NCBI GenBank assembly: GCA_003485765.1
Contig: DNHS01000051.1
Span: forward strand, 2,314-66,313
DNA: 64,000 nucleotides
Source of the DNA: Candidatus Omnitrophota bacterium
Lineage (GTDB): Bacteria > Omnitrophota > Gorgyraeia > Gorgyraeales > Gorgyraeaceae
Direction of reading: 5' to 3'
Shown: in pieces, positions 1 to 10,300 of the stretch
Numbering within the stretch: the first letter of the stretch is position 1
Layout of the letters: every line of letters starts with the position of its first letter
The notes under the pieces: model-generated
The model's input: only the letters and a program-made list of their open reading frames with translations
Told to the model about the DNA's origin: nothing
Database searches by the model: none
Made by a program: the position numbers and the translations under genes

Positions 1-1994
1 AGGGTTAGTTCCTTTAACCCGCTTTCTTCCAGTTCTGAAAAATATATGAAGCCCCCTTTATAATGTTTCGCGACTACATCTCCTTCCAGCCGTATCGCAT
101 CCATTACCTCCTTAGTAGTGCGGGCCCTGTCTTTTATAGGAACTAATTTAATATATATCTTTGAAGACCCTGGCTCAATCCTGGATGTAAACGTCTTTAT
201 CTCTTTTATATGCTTAAGCTTCTCTTCTAATTCCTTTGCCATTTTATCAGTGACATCTAATTTAGCGCCTGGTTCCAGCTCAACAAAGATTGTAAAACGG
301 CCTTCTTCTGCGTCTACCATAAATTCTTTTTCCAGTTTCATTCCAAAAAATAATGCTATACCTAACATCAAAAATGCCGCACCCATCAATAAATACCTGA
401 ACCTGAGCGCCATAACCAGCCCTTTTCTATATATGCCTTTTATTTTAATAGCTAAACTTTTCTTTAACGCCTTTTGCTCCTTTTTTTCTATTGGCTTGCG
501 CGCCATCTGGCTCAATAAAGTAGGCACCAGAGTCATAGCTACAAATAAACTCGTCAATAGAGAATAAGTAACAGTAAAGGCAAGCCCGCTCCAGAGCATC
601 CTTGTCTCTTTATTTACAAATGCAAACGGAAGAAACACTATGATAGTAGTTATAGTGGACGCAATTATTGCTAACCCCATTTCTGAGGCGCCTTCTATAA
701 CCGCGTTCTTATCCTTATCTCTCCAGCCAGGTAAAGGTAAAATCTCAGACCTTTTTTTATCCACATTATCAAGCACAACTATAGAATTATCCACAAGCAT
801 ACCTATGCCGAGCGCAAGCCCGCTCAATGTCATTACATTCAATGAAAGCCTTTGAAAATACATGAGGATGAATGTAAACATAACTGAAATTGGAATAGTG
901 ACGCTTATTATAAACGTCGGCCTTAAATCTCTCAGCGTTACCAAAAGTATCAATATTGAAAGAAACGCTCCGCTTATAAGGGAGCTTTTGACTGCGTCTA
1001 TAGCATCGTTTATTATATCTGCCTGATTAAGCGTAGCCTTCGTGTAAATATTCTTATCTATTATATTCTTGATCTGATTGAGTTCCTTCTTTATGCCTTC
1101 AACTACTTTGATTGTATTGGCTGTAGATTCCTTCTGGATATATATTGAAACTACCGGTTCCACATCGGTCCTGGCGTAATTTGAAGGATCCGCATAAGAA
1201 TCTTTCACAGTTGCAACATCTTTAAGTTTTATAACACTGCCTTGCGGCGTAACACTCACGCCTATGTTTTCTATGTCTTTAATGCTCTCAAAAATTCCTA
1301 TAGCCCGTATAAGATATTTATTCTTAGCTCTGGGAAGGTCGCCCAAAAGCAGGCTGAAATTATTCGCTCCTAATGAACTTACTACATTATCTATAGGCAC
1401 ATGATGAGCTTGAAGCCTTGCCTGATCTATTTCGACAAGAATCTTTCTTTCCCTTCCACCATATACATCCACATTTGCCACGCCTTCCACCCTTAATATT
1501 CTCTCCTTAATCTTTTCATCGACAACCCTTCTCAATGTTTCTACTGTATGGGCCTTGCTTGTAATCGCAAGCACCATTATAGGGGTATCAGATTCCTTGT
1601 ATTGGGCTAATATTGGTTTTTCAATTTCTTTGGGAAGTTTGTCTTTTATCTTTGAAAATTTCTCTCTTGTCTCCAACGCGGCAAAATCCATATTAATGCC
1701 TGGTTCAAACTCAAGCCATATCCTGGACTCTCCTGCAGTTGATTTGGAATAGATATTTTCTAGATGGGTAACTGTAGATACAGCTTCTTCTATCGGCTTT
1801 GTAACCATACTCTCTACTTCCTGCGGCGGCATGCCTCCTCTTACTGCTACTATTATACTTATATCTCCATAGGAAATATTTGGTTTCAACTCAACAGGAA
1901 GCCTGAGCAAAGAAACTGCTCCAACAATAACAATGCCTATAAAAAACATTGTTATGCTTACAGGCTTATTGACTGAATAACTCGAAAGGCTCAT
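1..1994 (-). CDS. RND (HAE1/AcrB-like) efflux permease, second of two tandem copies. The 3' end runs off the window.
   Basis: I translated the reverse complement from the ATG at 1994. It reads MSLSSYSVNKPVSITMFFIGIVIVGAVSLLRLPVELKPNISYGD..., a classic AcrB N-terminus. The start overlaps the stop of the upstream RND gene as ATGA. It is absent from the ORF track because the stop lies outside the window. Confidence 0.8.
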   Translation of the reverse strand, partial: MSLSSYSVNKPVSITMFFIGIVIVGAVSLLRLPVELKPNISYGDISIIVAVRGGMPPQEVESMVTKPIEEAVSTVTHLENIYSKSTAGESRIWLEFEPGINMDFAALETREKFSKIKDKLPKEIEKPILAQYKESDTPIMVLAITSKAHTVETLRRVVDEKIKERILRVEGVANVDVYGGRERKILVEIDQARLQAHHVPIDNVVSSLGANNFSLLLGDLPRAKNKYLIRAIGIFESIKDIENIGVSVTPQGSVIKLKDVATVKDSYADPSNYARTDVEPVVSIYIQKESTANTIKVVEGIKKELNQIKNIIDKNIYTKATLNQADIINDAIDAVKSSLISGAFLSILILLVTLRDLRPTFIISVTIPISVMFTFILMYFQRLSLNVMTLSGLALGIGMLVDNSIVVLDNVDKKRSEILPLPGWRDKDKNAVIEGASEMGLAIIASTITTIIVFLPFAFVNKETRMLWSGLAFTVTYSLLTSLFVAMTLVPTLLSQMARKPIEKKEQKALKKSLAIKIKGIYRKGLVMALRFRYLLMGAAFLMLGIALFFGMKLEKEFMVDAEEGRFTIFVELEPGAKLDVTDKMAKELEEKLKHIKEIKTFTSRIEPGSSKIYIKLVPIKDRARTTKEVMDAIRLEGDVVAKHYKGGFIYFSELEESGLKELT

Positions 1995-4900
1995 TTTAAC
2001 TCATACCATCTTCCAGGCCCAAGCGGGCCCTCTGCTTTTAAAAAACCTTTATCCATAAGATATCTCAAATCCCGCGCTGCAGTAGGTATTGATATCTTAA
2101 ATAAATCCGCATATTCTTTTCTTGTGATCTTTCCAGTCTCTTTGATGCGCTCCAATAATTGAACCTGTCTTTTGGTAAGCTGCGCGTCTTTGGGTTCTTC
2201 TTGCTTTTTAGCAGAGAACGGTTTTAAACCGTTCTCTACAGAAAGTTTTTCCAAGGCCTTTGTAGGCATTATAATTATCTCTTTTGCAGGTTCAGGCTCT
2301 ATTTTAACTGGCTCAAACTCAGTCGACACTACAATAGGCGCAACCTGCGGTCTTCTTTTTTCTAACCACGCTGCGGCTGTAATATAAAGCGCCGGGATTA
2401 CGAAAAGTGTCAGGAAAGTGCAGACAGTAAGGCCTCCCATTACAGTTATTGCCATAGGAGCTTGAAGCTCAGAACCTTCTCCAAGGCCAAGCGCTAACGG
2501 AAAAAGGCCTAAAACTGTAGTGAATGATGTCATCATTATGGGCCTTAGCCTGTTTGACCCTGCCTGGCTTACTGCTGTAATAAGATCTTTGCCTTCATTT
2601 CTAAGAACGTTTATCTTATCTATCAAGACAATTCCGTTATCTACAACAACTCCGCCGAGCATGATAACACCCAGTATAACCACAACGCTAATAGGCGTAT
2701 GTGTTAAAAACAGCACCCATGCAACGCCTATTAAAGATAAAGGCAGGGTAAACATAATAATAAACGGCTGCCAGAATGATTCAAATTCGCTCGCCATAAT
2801 CATATACACCAGTAACACTGAAAGGATCAACGCAAACATCAAGCTTAAAAATGATTCTTTCATCTCTTGATTCTCTCCTGCCAGTTGTATCGTAAAATCT
2901 TTTTCAACTTGTCTTGCGGCCTGCTTTTTGATATCAGCGTGGCTAGCCATTACAGAATCTATTGCTTTATTAGCGTCGTCTATTACTTTATTCAAGGCTC
3001 TTCCTGTGACATTCGCAGTCATCATGATTACTCTTTGCTGGTCCAATCTTTTTATTTCGCTTGGGCCTACGCCGTGTGAAATATAAGCAACCTCTGAGAG
3101 CGGGACATCTATTCCTAATGGCGAATGCACTAATATGCTTCTTATGCTTGAAAGCTTTTTCCTATCCTCAGGCCTAAGCCTTACTTTTATATTTATCTCT
3201 CTTCCCTCTTCTTTAAACTTTGTAGCAGTAACTCCCTTAATAGCGATATGAGCTGCCTGAGATATAGAGGCCACTGAAAGATTATATAAAGCAGCTTTAT
3301 CTTTAATAATATTCACTTTTGTTTCTGGCGCAGGGGACGCAAGGCTCGTTCTTATGCCATATACGCCAGGTATCTTAGCCAGCCCAAAATGAAGTTCTTC
3401 ATAAAGCTTTTTTATAAAATTAAGATTGTAGCCTTTTATCTCTATCACTATAGGAGCGCTGCCCATCAATGCGCTCTTAAAAATACTTTCCTGTAAGATA
3501 TATTCTACTTCCGCGCCTTCTAGATTCTCTTTATCCAGTTCTTTTTTTAGATTCTGAATTATTTCAGCAGTAGCAAACTTGCCCTTCTCTTTGCCTTTTT
3601 TAAGATTAACTATGATATTCGCCTGATGCGAACCAAGGGTCTCAATCATGTCTCCCGCGCCTTTTTCTTTGCTGGAGCCAATAGTAACTGCTACGCTATA
3701 GACGTCCTTATTATTTAAAAGTTTTTCTTCTATCTTTCTAACGCTGGAATCTGTTATCTCAAGCTTTGTGCCTGTTGGTAAATTAACTTTCATAACAAAT
3801 TCGCGCTGATCTATTTTTGGCATAAACTCTTTATTAAGAAACCGAAATATAATCATGCTGAATAAGAATAAAACAAGAGCTCCAAGTATTATCAGCTTTT
3901 TATTTTTCAGCGCAATCGGCAGAGACTTGCCATATACAGTTCCCATCCATTTAACTAATTTAAACTCTGAACCTACGGCCATAGGCGCTTCTTCGCCAGA
4001 GCCGGGCTTCTTCTTCCTGCTACCTATAGTCACAAACAAAGGGATTAACGCTAAAGACACATACAAAGAAGCCATAAGAGAATACGTAACAGTTATGGCG
4101 ACTTCTTTAAAAAGCTGTCCAGCAATGCCTGTAACAAATATCATAGGTAAAAATACAACTACTGTTGTCATGACTGAGCCCCATATAGGGCTCTCAACCT
4201 CATTTGCGCCAATCCTCGCAGCCTCTTTTAATTCTTTCCCGCTCTGAATATGATTTGATATATTTTCAATAACTACAATCCCTGCGTCTACAAGCATGCC
4301 TATACCCAACGCAAGCCCGCCTAGAGAAAGCATATTGAGCGTTATGCCGCTAAAATACATAAGGGTAAATGTAATCATTATTGAAATAGGGATAGACATA
4401 GCAACTATCAGGGATGGTTTTAATTTCTTTAAAAATAACCACAAAACCAGGAACGCTAAAAGTCCGCCCTGCCACGCAGCGTCTCCAACATCTCTAATTG
4501 ACTTTCTGATAAAAATAGACTGATCATACACTATATTTACATTTATGCCTTCATGCAGGTCCTTTTTTATGTCATTAAGCCGCTTCTTGATTTTGTCCGC
4601 CACTTGCAATGTATTAGAGCCTGCCTGTTTTAAAATAGCTACAGATATATTTTCCTTCCCATTAAACCTGGAGATAGAGGCGCGCTCCTGGAATGTATCT
4701 TTTATTTCTGCGATATCTCTAAGGTATACAAGCCTCGCCCTCTCTTCTTTTTTCTTTTGAGCCTCCAGGTTTTCTAAAGCAGGCCTCTGATTTTCAGGTT
4801 CGTCAGTCCCTACGACTGTATCCTTTATCTGAGAGATTATTTCAAATTCCCCTATGGTGCGTATAAGATATTCGTAAAAATGCTCCTCTATGGTGCCTGC

Positions 4901-5542
4901 GGGATAGTTAAGGTTTGAAGATTTGAGCGCATCCACTATTCTATTTATTCCTATGCCCGATGCCCTTAGCCTTGCCTGGTCAATTGATACAACTATTTCC
5001 CTTTCCAGCCCGCCTGTTATATTACAGGACGCAACGCCAGGCACTTTCTCAAGTTCATCTTTTATGAATTTTCTGGTAAGTTTTAAAAGTTCTGAAGACG
5101 TTTTCTCACCTGTAACGCTAAGGGTCATTACAGGTAATTCGAACGGATTAAATTTCATTACAATAGGGTCTGCGGAACCAAGAGGCAATCTTTCTTTTAC
5201 AAGGTCTATCTTTTCTCTCACGCCTAGAGAAGCAAAATCCATATTAGTTCCCCAGTTGAATTCTGTTGTTACAAGGGAAATACCTTCCTTTGAATTAGAG
5301 CTGATCCGCTTAAGATTGCCAACAGTGCCTACTGCTTCTTCTATAATCTTAGTTATAAGGGTTTCTACTTCTTCTGGCGCGGCGTTTTCATATGTTGTTA
5401 CAATGGTAAGCTGAGGATAGGAAATAGCTGGAAACAATTCCTGGGGAAGCCTGCCAAGGGAAATCAGGCCCATCAGCACTATCCCCAAAAAAATCATTGT
5501 TACAGTTACAGGTTTATTTATTGAGAGGTCTGGTAGTTTCAT
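1991..5542 (-). CDS. RND efflux permease (AcrB family, 1183 aa) with a C-terminal extension of about 140 aa that ends in a winged helix-turn-helix.
   Basis: The N-terminus MKLPDLSINKPVTVTMIFLGIVLMGLISLGRLPQELFP and the 12-TM architecture are typical of AcrB. The C-terminus LTKRQVQLLERIKETGKITRKEYADLFKISIPTAARDLRYLMDKGFLKAEGPLGPGRWYEL resembles the wHTH found in Fic/DeoR-type DNA-binding modules. Confidence 0.85.
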   Translation of the reverse strand: MKLPDLSINKPVTVTMIFLGIVLMGLISLGRLPQELFPAISYPQLTIVTTYENAAPEEVETLITKIIEEAVGTVGNLKRISSNSKEGISLVTTEFNWGTNMDFASLGVREKIDLVKERLPLGSADPIVMKFNPFELPVMTLSVTGEKTSSELLKLTRKFIKDELEKVPGVASCNITGGLEREIVVSIDQARLRASGIGINRIVDALKSSNLNYPAGTIEEHFYEYLIRTIGEFEIISQIKDTVVGTDEPENQRPALENLEAQKKKEERARLVYLRDIAEIKDTFQERASISRFNGKENISVAILKQAGSNTLQVADKIKKRLNDIKKDLHEGINVNIVYDQSIFIRKSIRDVGDAAWQGGLLAFLVLWLFLKKLKPSLIVAMSIPISIMITFTLMYFSGITLNMLSLGGLALGIGMLVDAGIVVIENISNHIQSGKELKEAARIGANEVESPIWGSVMTTVVVFLPMIFVTGIAGQLFKEVAITVTYSLMASLYVSLALIPLFVTIGSRKKKPGSGEEAPMAVGSEFKLVKWMGTVYGKSLPIALKNKKLIILGALVLFLFSMIIFRFLNKEFMPKIDQREFVMKVNLPTGTKLEITDSSVRKIEEKLLNNKDVYSVAVTIGSSKEKGAGDMIETLGSHQANIIVNLKKGKEKGKFATAEIIQNLKKELDKENLEGAEVEYILQESIFKSALMGSAPIVIEIKGYNLNFIKKLYEELHFGLAKIPGVYGIRTSLASPAPETKVNIIKDKAALYNLSVASISQAAHIAIKGVTATKFKEEGREINIKVRLRPEDRKKLSSIRSILVHSPLGIDVPLSEVAYISHGVGPSEIKRLDQQRVIMMTANVTGRALNKVIDDANKAIDSVMASHADIKKQAARQVEKDFTIQLAGENQEMKESFLSLMFALILSVLLVYMIMASEFESFWQPFIIMFTLPLSLIGVAWVLFLTHTPISVVVILGVIMLGGVVVDNGIVLIDKINVLRNEGKDLITAVSQAGSNRLRPIMMTSFTTVLGLFPLALGLGEGSELQAPMAITVMGGLTVCTFLTLFVIPALYITAAAWLEKRRPQVAPIVVSTEFEPVKIEPEPAKEIIIMPTKALEKLSVENGLKPFSAKKQEEPKDAQLTKRQVQLLERIKETGKITRKEYADLFKISIPTAARDLRYLMDKGFLKAEGPLGPGRWYELK

Positions 5543-6753
5543 TGAGCTGGGGTATTTTCCTGGACTTCTATAACTTGAACAGGCATCTCTTCTTTCAGCT
5601 CCTGAGGAGTTTCTGTAACCACTAACTCGCCTTCGCTGAGGCCTTCGCCTATAACAGAATAATCTGTAGTAACATATTCTACCTTGACCGGCTTGATGTG
5701 CGCTTTATTTTGCTCGCTAACCACAGATACAGTATACCCTTCGTCTCCCTTATTCAGGCTGAGGCTTGGAATAACTATCGCATTGCTGAATTCAGCAACT
5801 GTTATCATGGCCCTTGCAAACATCCCAGGCAAAAGCTGAGCATCCGGATTAGGGAGTCTGACCTTGGCAGTCAGAGTCCTGGATTTTCCTTCTATAACAG
5901 GGTAGATATAATCTATTTTGCCATTAAATGCGGCTCCGGAATGCGCATCCACCGTTACTACAACATTCTGTCCAAGCGTAATTTTATCAATGTCCTTCTC
6001 CACTATGCCAAGTTCTACAAATACTTCCTTTACGTCATAAATAGTTGCGATTTTATTATTTGGCGTCACAAATTCGCCTGCTTCAGCTTCTCTTGCGCCA
6101 AGGACTCCTTCGCGAAACGCATATAGATCTGTCTTTTTAAACTCTGCCTCTGCAGATTTAAGTTCCACTTCCGCTGACTTAGCCTGCTCGCTAGCGCTTT
6201 TTGCTTCCAACTCCACTTCTTCTAATTTTGCCTTTATAATGCCGCCTATATCATAAAGATGCTTATGTATCTCATATTTCTTTTTTGCAGCAAGGGCTTG
6301 TGTCTTTGCGGATTCCAGTTTACTTTTTGCATAGTCTATTTTTAATTGCGCGTCTTTTTTATTAAGGGACGCTATTATCTCGCCTTCATTTATCACATCG
6401 CCTTCCCTGAAATTAATAGAATCTATCATGCCATTAACCTCAAATTTAAGAGGTATTTCTAATGCCCCCTTTACAGTGCCCATGCTAGGAAGATCATCTT
6501 TAAAATCCATAGGCGTAACTTTATAGCACCTCACAGGAACCGCTTCTTGTTCTTTCTGTTCCTGAGCCACGCCTTCAGGCCCTGATTTTTTAGCCTCCTG
6601 CTTCTTTCCTATATTTCCAACCATCTGTTTTATCGAATCAAGGCCTTTTCCTGGCTGGCCTTTCTTTCCGATACTCTTTATCCACATAACTCCAAAAACC
6701 AGAACCCATAAAGCTATAAAACCTATTATTAATGCTTTTGATCTCTTTTTCAT
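5539..6753 (-). CDS. RND efflux periplasmic adaptor (membrane fusion protein, HlyD/AcrA family).
   Basis: It has an N-terminal TM segment, coiled-coil hairpin segments (EVELEAKSASEQAKSAEVELKSAEAEF) and beta-barrel/lipoyl-like regions. It overlaps the RND gene by 4 nt. Confidence 0.8.
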   Translation of the reverse strand: MKKRSKALIIGFIALWVLVFGVMWIKSIGKKGQPGKGLDSIKQMVGNIGKKQEAKKSGPEGVAQEQKEQEAVPVRCYKVTPMDFKDDLPSMGTVKGALEIPLKFEVNGMIDSINFREGDVINEGEIIASLNKKDAQLKIDYAKSKLESAKTQALAAKKKYEIHKHLYDIGGIIKAKLEEVELEAKSASEQAKSAEVELKSAEAEFKKTDLYAFREGVLGAREAEAGEFVTPNNKIATIYDVKEVFVELGIVEKDIDKITLGQNVVVTVDAHSGAAFNGKIDYIYPVIEGKSRTLTAKVRLPNPDAQLLPGMFARAMITVAEFSNAIVIPSLSLNKGDEGYTVSVVSEQNKAHIKPVKVEYVTTDYSVIGEGLSEGELVVTETPQELKEEMPVQVIEVQENTPAQ

Positions 6754-6887
6754 AATATCCTCTTTTCATACATTCGCGGCCACAAAACTGCGCCCCTCAG
6801 AGCGTGGATGGAGCTTGGCCGCTCAGTATTCCGCCCAAGCCTGCCTGCCGATAGGCAGGAAACCTTGGGCTTTAGCCCAGATAAGCT

Positions 6888-8720
6888 TCATTTTCTATTA
6901 GCTAATTTAAAACTCTCATCATCTAAAAACAGCGCGTATCCTGTGGCTTTATTCAGCTTTGCCAGAGACTGATACAAACTCCCAAGCGCCTCTACGTAAT
7001 AAGCCTTTTCATCTGTAAGGCTCATATAGGCTTGGATTAATTCTGAAAGCGATGCCTCATTTAATTCTGCGCGGGCTTTGATAATCTTAAATTCCTCTTC
7101 TTTATATTTAATCTTATTAAGATTTGTCATTATTTGGATTAAACCTTTTTTATAATTTAAATATGATTCTTTGACTTCTCTAACAATACTGTCTTTTACC
7201 TGCTCCAGCTCATCCTTTGCTTTTTTATACCCTATCTCCGCGGATTTTTCTTCAGAAAAATGTTGAAGCCCGTCCAATAGCCCGTATTCTACAGATTTAC
7301 TGATAGATTCTGTCCTTGTCGACTGACCATGTTTCTGGCTTGTCTTATCCTTCGTAAAGGTACTAGAAAGAGTATTCCCGCCCAATGGTTTTGACACCTT
7401 AAACCCTAGATACCAGTCATTCCCCAGAGTTAAGGGTTCGCTTTCATATGCGCCACCGGATTTCCCATATGTTCCGGTCAAGTCCACTCTAAGCTGATTC
7501 TTGCTCTCTGTAATCTTGCGCTCATAGTCATTAAATTCCAGCATATATGTTTTTGCCTTAAGATCTGGCCTGGATCTAAAGGCTAAATCCGCGCATTCTT
7601 CTAGAGTTACATCTACCACAATTGGCTCCAGGTCTTTTCCCGGCTCTTTATCTATTATCTCTATTGCTTTTTCTCCTCCCTTGGCATTAACTGCCTGCGC
7701 CAAAGTAAGTTTTGCCATAGCCAGTGTGTTCTCGCTCGATATAACCTGGTAATTTATCTGCTGCATTTGAGATTCTATCTGTAAAAATTCTGCCCTGGTA
7801 ATTAAGCCAAGCTCAAGCCTTTTCTTAGCTCCAGCGAATATACTGCTTGTCTCTTCTAAAAGCGCTTTGTGTAATTTTATATCCATCTTGCTGGCCATAT
7901 ATGCGTAAAATGCTGATTCCACCTCGGCTCTTAAATCCTGCAATGTCTTATCATAATTTGATGTAGACGCTTTAAGATTACTCATCGCCTGTTCAACTGC
8001 ATATTTAAGCCTCCACCCATAATACAATGGATACTCAAACTTAAGCTTGTATTCCTTATCTGTAAAATCCTGAGTTGTGCCGGCAGTCTTTCCTGTAGTC
8101 TCTAAATAATTCAAGGTTGCTGCTGGATAAAGGCCGCGCCTGGCTTCCCGTATCTTGAGTTTAGATAATTCTATTTCTTCCTGGGCTATTTTTGCAGCCA
8201 TATGATTTTCCAATGCTATGTCCACTGCGTCATTGATACCTAAATTTGTTACTTCTCGATTTGCGGAGTTTATCTCAAACGAAGTCAAGGGGCTCGCTCG
8301 AGAACTATCAATATCAAATATGATCGGCACATCTATCCACAAATCTTCACTCCCTAAAACCTCTGGAAATGGCTGGTATCTTTGATACATCCAAACTGTC
8401 TTTAAACATAAATTATCTAATTCTCTATTGTCAGAAGACTCAGAAATATACACATCCTTAAGTTCTCCCCAAGGAGAAAGAAAAAGCTTTAGCTTTACCT
8501 CGCCTTTTGAGCTATATAAAATAGAGGGATCTGGTTTTGGAATAGACCTATAAATATCTTTAGATATATCTATTATATATTGTGCTATCTCTTCTTGTGA
8601 TTGGCTATATGCAGATGATACGGTAGGATTTATTACTGTAACTACAATGAATACAAAGAAATATAATAATATGATACGCTTTATACGCATCCCTTCTCCT
8701 ATTTTTGAGAAGTATATCAT
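6888..8720 (-). CDS. TolC-like outer membrane efflux protein with an extra N-terminal domain of about 150 aa (TonB-C-like).
   Basis: It has a signal peptide, then GEVKLKLFLSPWGELKDVYISESSDNRELDNLCLKTVWMYQRYQPFP, which is similar to a TonB C-terminal domain. Two TolC/OEP repeats with long coiled coils follow. It is the first gene of the efflux operon. Confidence 0.7.
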   Translation of the reverse strand: MIYFSKIGEGMRIKRIILLYFFVFIVVTVINPTVSSAYSQSQEEIAQYIIDISKDIYRSIPKPDPSILYSSKGEVKLKLFLSPWGELKDVYISESSDNRELDNLCLKTVWMYQRYQPFPEVLGSEDLWIDVPIIFDIDSSRASPLTSFEINSANREVTNLGINDAVDIALENHMAAKIAQEEIELSKLKIREARRGLYPAATLNYLETTGKTAGTTQDFTDKEYKLKFEYPLYYGWRLKYAVEQAMSNLKASTSNYDKTLQDLRAEVESAFYAYMASKMDIKLHKALLEETSSIFAGAKKRLELGLITRAEFLQIESQMQQINYQVISSENTLAMAKLTLAQAVNAKGGEKAIEIIDKEPGKDLEPIVVDVTLEECADLAFRSRPDLKAKTYMLEFNDYERKITESKNQLRVDLTGTYGKSGGAYESEPLTLGNDWYLGFKVSKPLGGNTLSSTFTKDKTSQKHGQSTRTESISKSVEYGLLDGLQHFSEEKSAEIGYKKAKDELEQVKDSIVREVKESYLNYKKGLIQIMTNLNKIKYKEEEFKIIKARAELNEASLSELIQAYMSLTDEKAYYVEALGSLYQSLAKLNKATGYALFLDDESFKLANRK

Positions 8721-8784
8721 ATTATTATTATTTTGTCAAGAATGATACGGTTATGATACAGTAGGGAACAGGCATGCCTGTTCC

Positions 8785-10041
8785 CTACGCCTGCACAAAA
8801 ATATCTCTTATTACAACACTTGCTGCGCCTAATGCCACAGAATCTTCTCCAAGCTTTGCTGGTATTATTTTAACAACATTTGCAGGCTCTTCAAATGCCC
8901 ATTTTCTAACAGTCCTTCTTAAGGGCTCTAAAAGCAAACTACCAGCCTTTTCAATTCCTCCTCCAATAACCACTATCTCAGGATTAAATAAATTTACAAG
9001 ATACGCAATCCTTATTCCAAGATTCACAGCTCCATCTTCCAGGAGTTCTATTGCAAGAGTATCTCCTGCCTTTGCAGCTTCTATGATATGATCCACTGTA
9101 AGATTATCCAGTTTATTATCGCAGAATTCAAGTATCTTTGTCTTAACATCGTCTTCTTTTATAAGTTTCTTGACCTGGCTCACTAACCCTAAATCAAGCC
9201 CTGTAGGAAGAAGAAAAGAAATATTCTTTGAAACCTGCAGATATTCTTCGTTGCGCGGATAATTAATCCTTATCTCTCCTGCGCTGCCTGATGCTCCGGC
9301 ATACATGGCGCCTTTTATAATAATGCCGCTTCCTACATCGGAATACATGTAAATCACATCCTGTATATCCATAGGAAGAGCATGCATCTTTTCTCCGAAC
9401 GCAGCAAAAGTTGCGTCGTTACCTATAAAAGAAGGAAACCCAAATCTTTGTTCAATTATCCCTTTTATGGATACATAACTAGCCCTTATCCCATTCTTTG
9501 CAGAGTCCCTCACTGTGCCGAGATGTTCATCTATAATTCCGCTTACCCCTATACCAACACCTTTTATTTTATTTTTGTCCACGCCTTTCTTCTTTAACAA
9601 CTCATCTATTAGTTCAAGCGAAGCTTCTATAATCTTATCCATACTATCTTTTATTCTTACCTTTTTCACCTTGGTTACAATCCTTCCTGCAAGATCAGTC
9701 ACAAGGCCTATCATAGTTGTGCCAAAGACGTCCAAGTGGCCTAAATCAAGCCCTATTACATGCATACTATCATCATTTAATTTAACAACCGTGGGTTTCC
9801 TGCCTCCCGTAGAAACCTCCATACCCCCTTCTGAAACCAGTCCCTTATCAATATAACTATTTATATAATTAGAAACAGTCACTATGTTCAGGTCTGTAAC
9901 CTTTGAGATATCAGCTCTTGTAATAGGGCCATTTCTGCGTATGAGTTCAAGTATCGCAAAATTCTTTCTCTCGTGGTCTGAGAACATATAATTATCGTAC
10001 ATCCTGCCTTTCCTGATAGCCATACATGCCTCCTTGTCCAA
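8785..10041 (-). CDS. ROK family transcriptional regulator (N-terminal wHTH plus sugar-kinase-like fold).
   Basis: The N-terminal HTH is ELIRRNGPITRADISKVTDLNIVTVSNYINSYIDKGLV. The ROK kinase core includes the glycine-rich motifs GLDLGHLDVFGT and GSGIIIKGAMYAG. Confidence 0.8.
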   Translation of the reverse strand: MDKEACMAIRKGRMYDNYMFSDHERKNFAILELIRRNGPITRADISKVTDLNIVTVSNYINSYIDKGLVSEGGMEVSTGGRKPTVVKLNDDSMHVIGLDLGHLDVFGTTMIGLVTDLAGRIVTKVKKVRIKDSMDKIIEASLELIDELLKKKGVDKNKIKGVGIGVSGIIDEHLGTVRDSAKNGIRASYVSIKGIIEQRFGFPSFIGNDATFAAFGEKMHALPMDIQDVIYMYSDVGSGIIIKGAMYAGASGSAGEIRINYPRNEEYLQVSKNISFLLPTGLDLGLVSQVKKLIKEDDVKTKILEFCDNKLDNLTVDHIIEAAKAGDTLAIELLEDGAVNLGIRIAYLVNLFNPEIVVIGGGIEKAGSLLLEPLRRTVRKWAFEEPANVVKIIPAKLGEDSVALGAASVVIRDIFVQA

Positions 10042-10233
10042 CTTACTGTTTTTAGTTAATATTACTATTTTATATTATACTTCTTTTTGCGCTCCAACGT
10101 CAATAGTTTCTTTTTAAAATACTTCTTAAATTTAATTTATTAACTCTTTTGCAAATTTTTAAATTATGAGAGGAATTAAATTGCGTCTAATCTTGCTCTA
10201 AATTGATTAGTTTTTATAATGGCCTGGTTCCAC

Positions 10234-10276
10234 AAAAAAAAACTTCCGAAGCCGCCATACGGCAACTTCGGAAGTT
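10234..10276 (-). terminator. Rho-independent terminator after the small membrane-protein gene.
   Basis: On the minus strand a stem CTTCCGAAG/CTTCGGAAG with a 13-nt loop is followed by a T9 run. Confidence 0.55.
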
Positions 10277-10300
10277 GGTTAAATTCAGATATATAAAAAT

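Noticed and set aside
118-5414. Many plus-strand ORFs (118-567, 640-855, 1555-1976, 2172-2387, 2520-3079, 3855-4760, 4923-5414) lie antisense to the RND permease genes.
   Set aside because: Their products are low-complexity Ser/Ile/Phe-rich junk and carry no RBS. The opposite strand encodes long, clearly homologous AcrB-family proteins. They are shadow ORFs.
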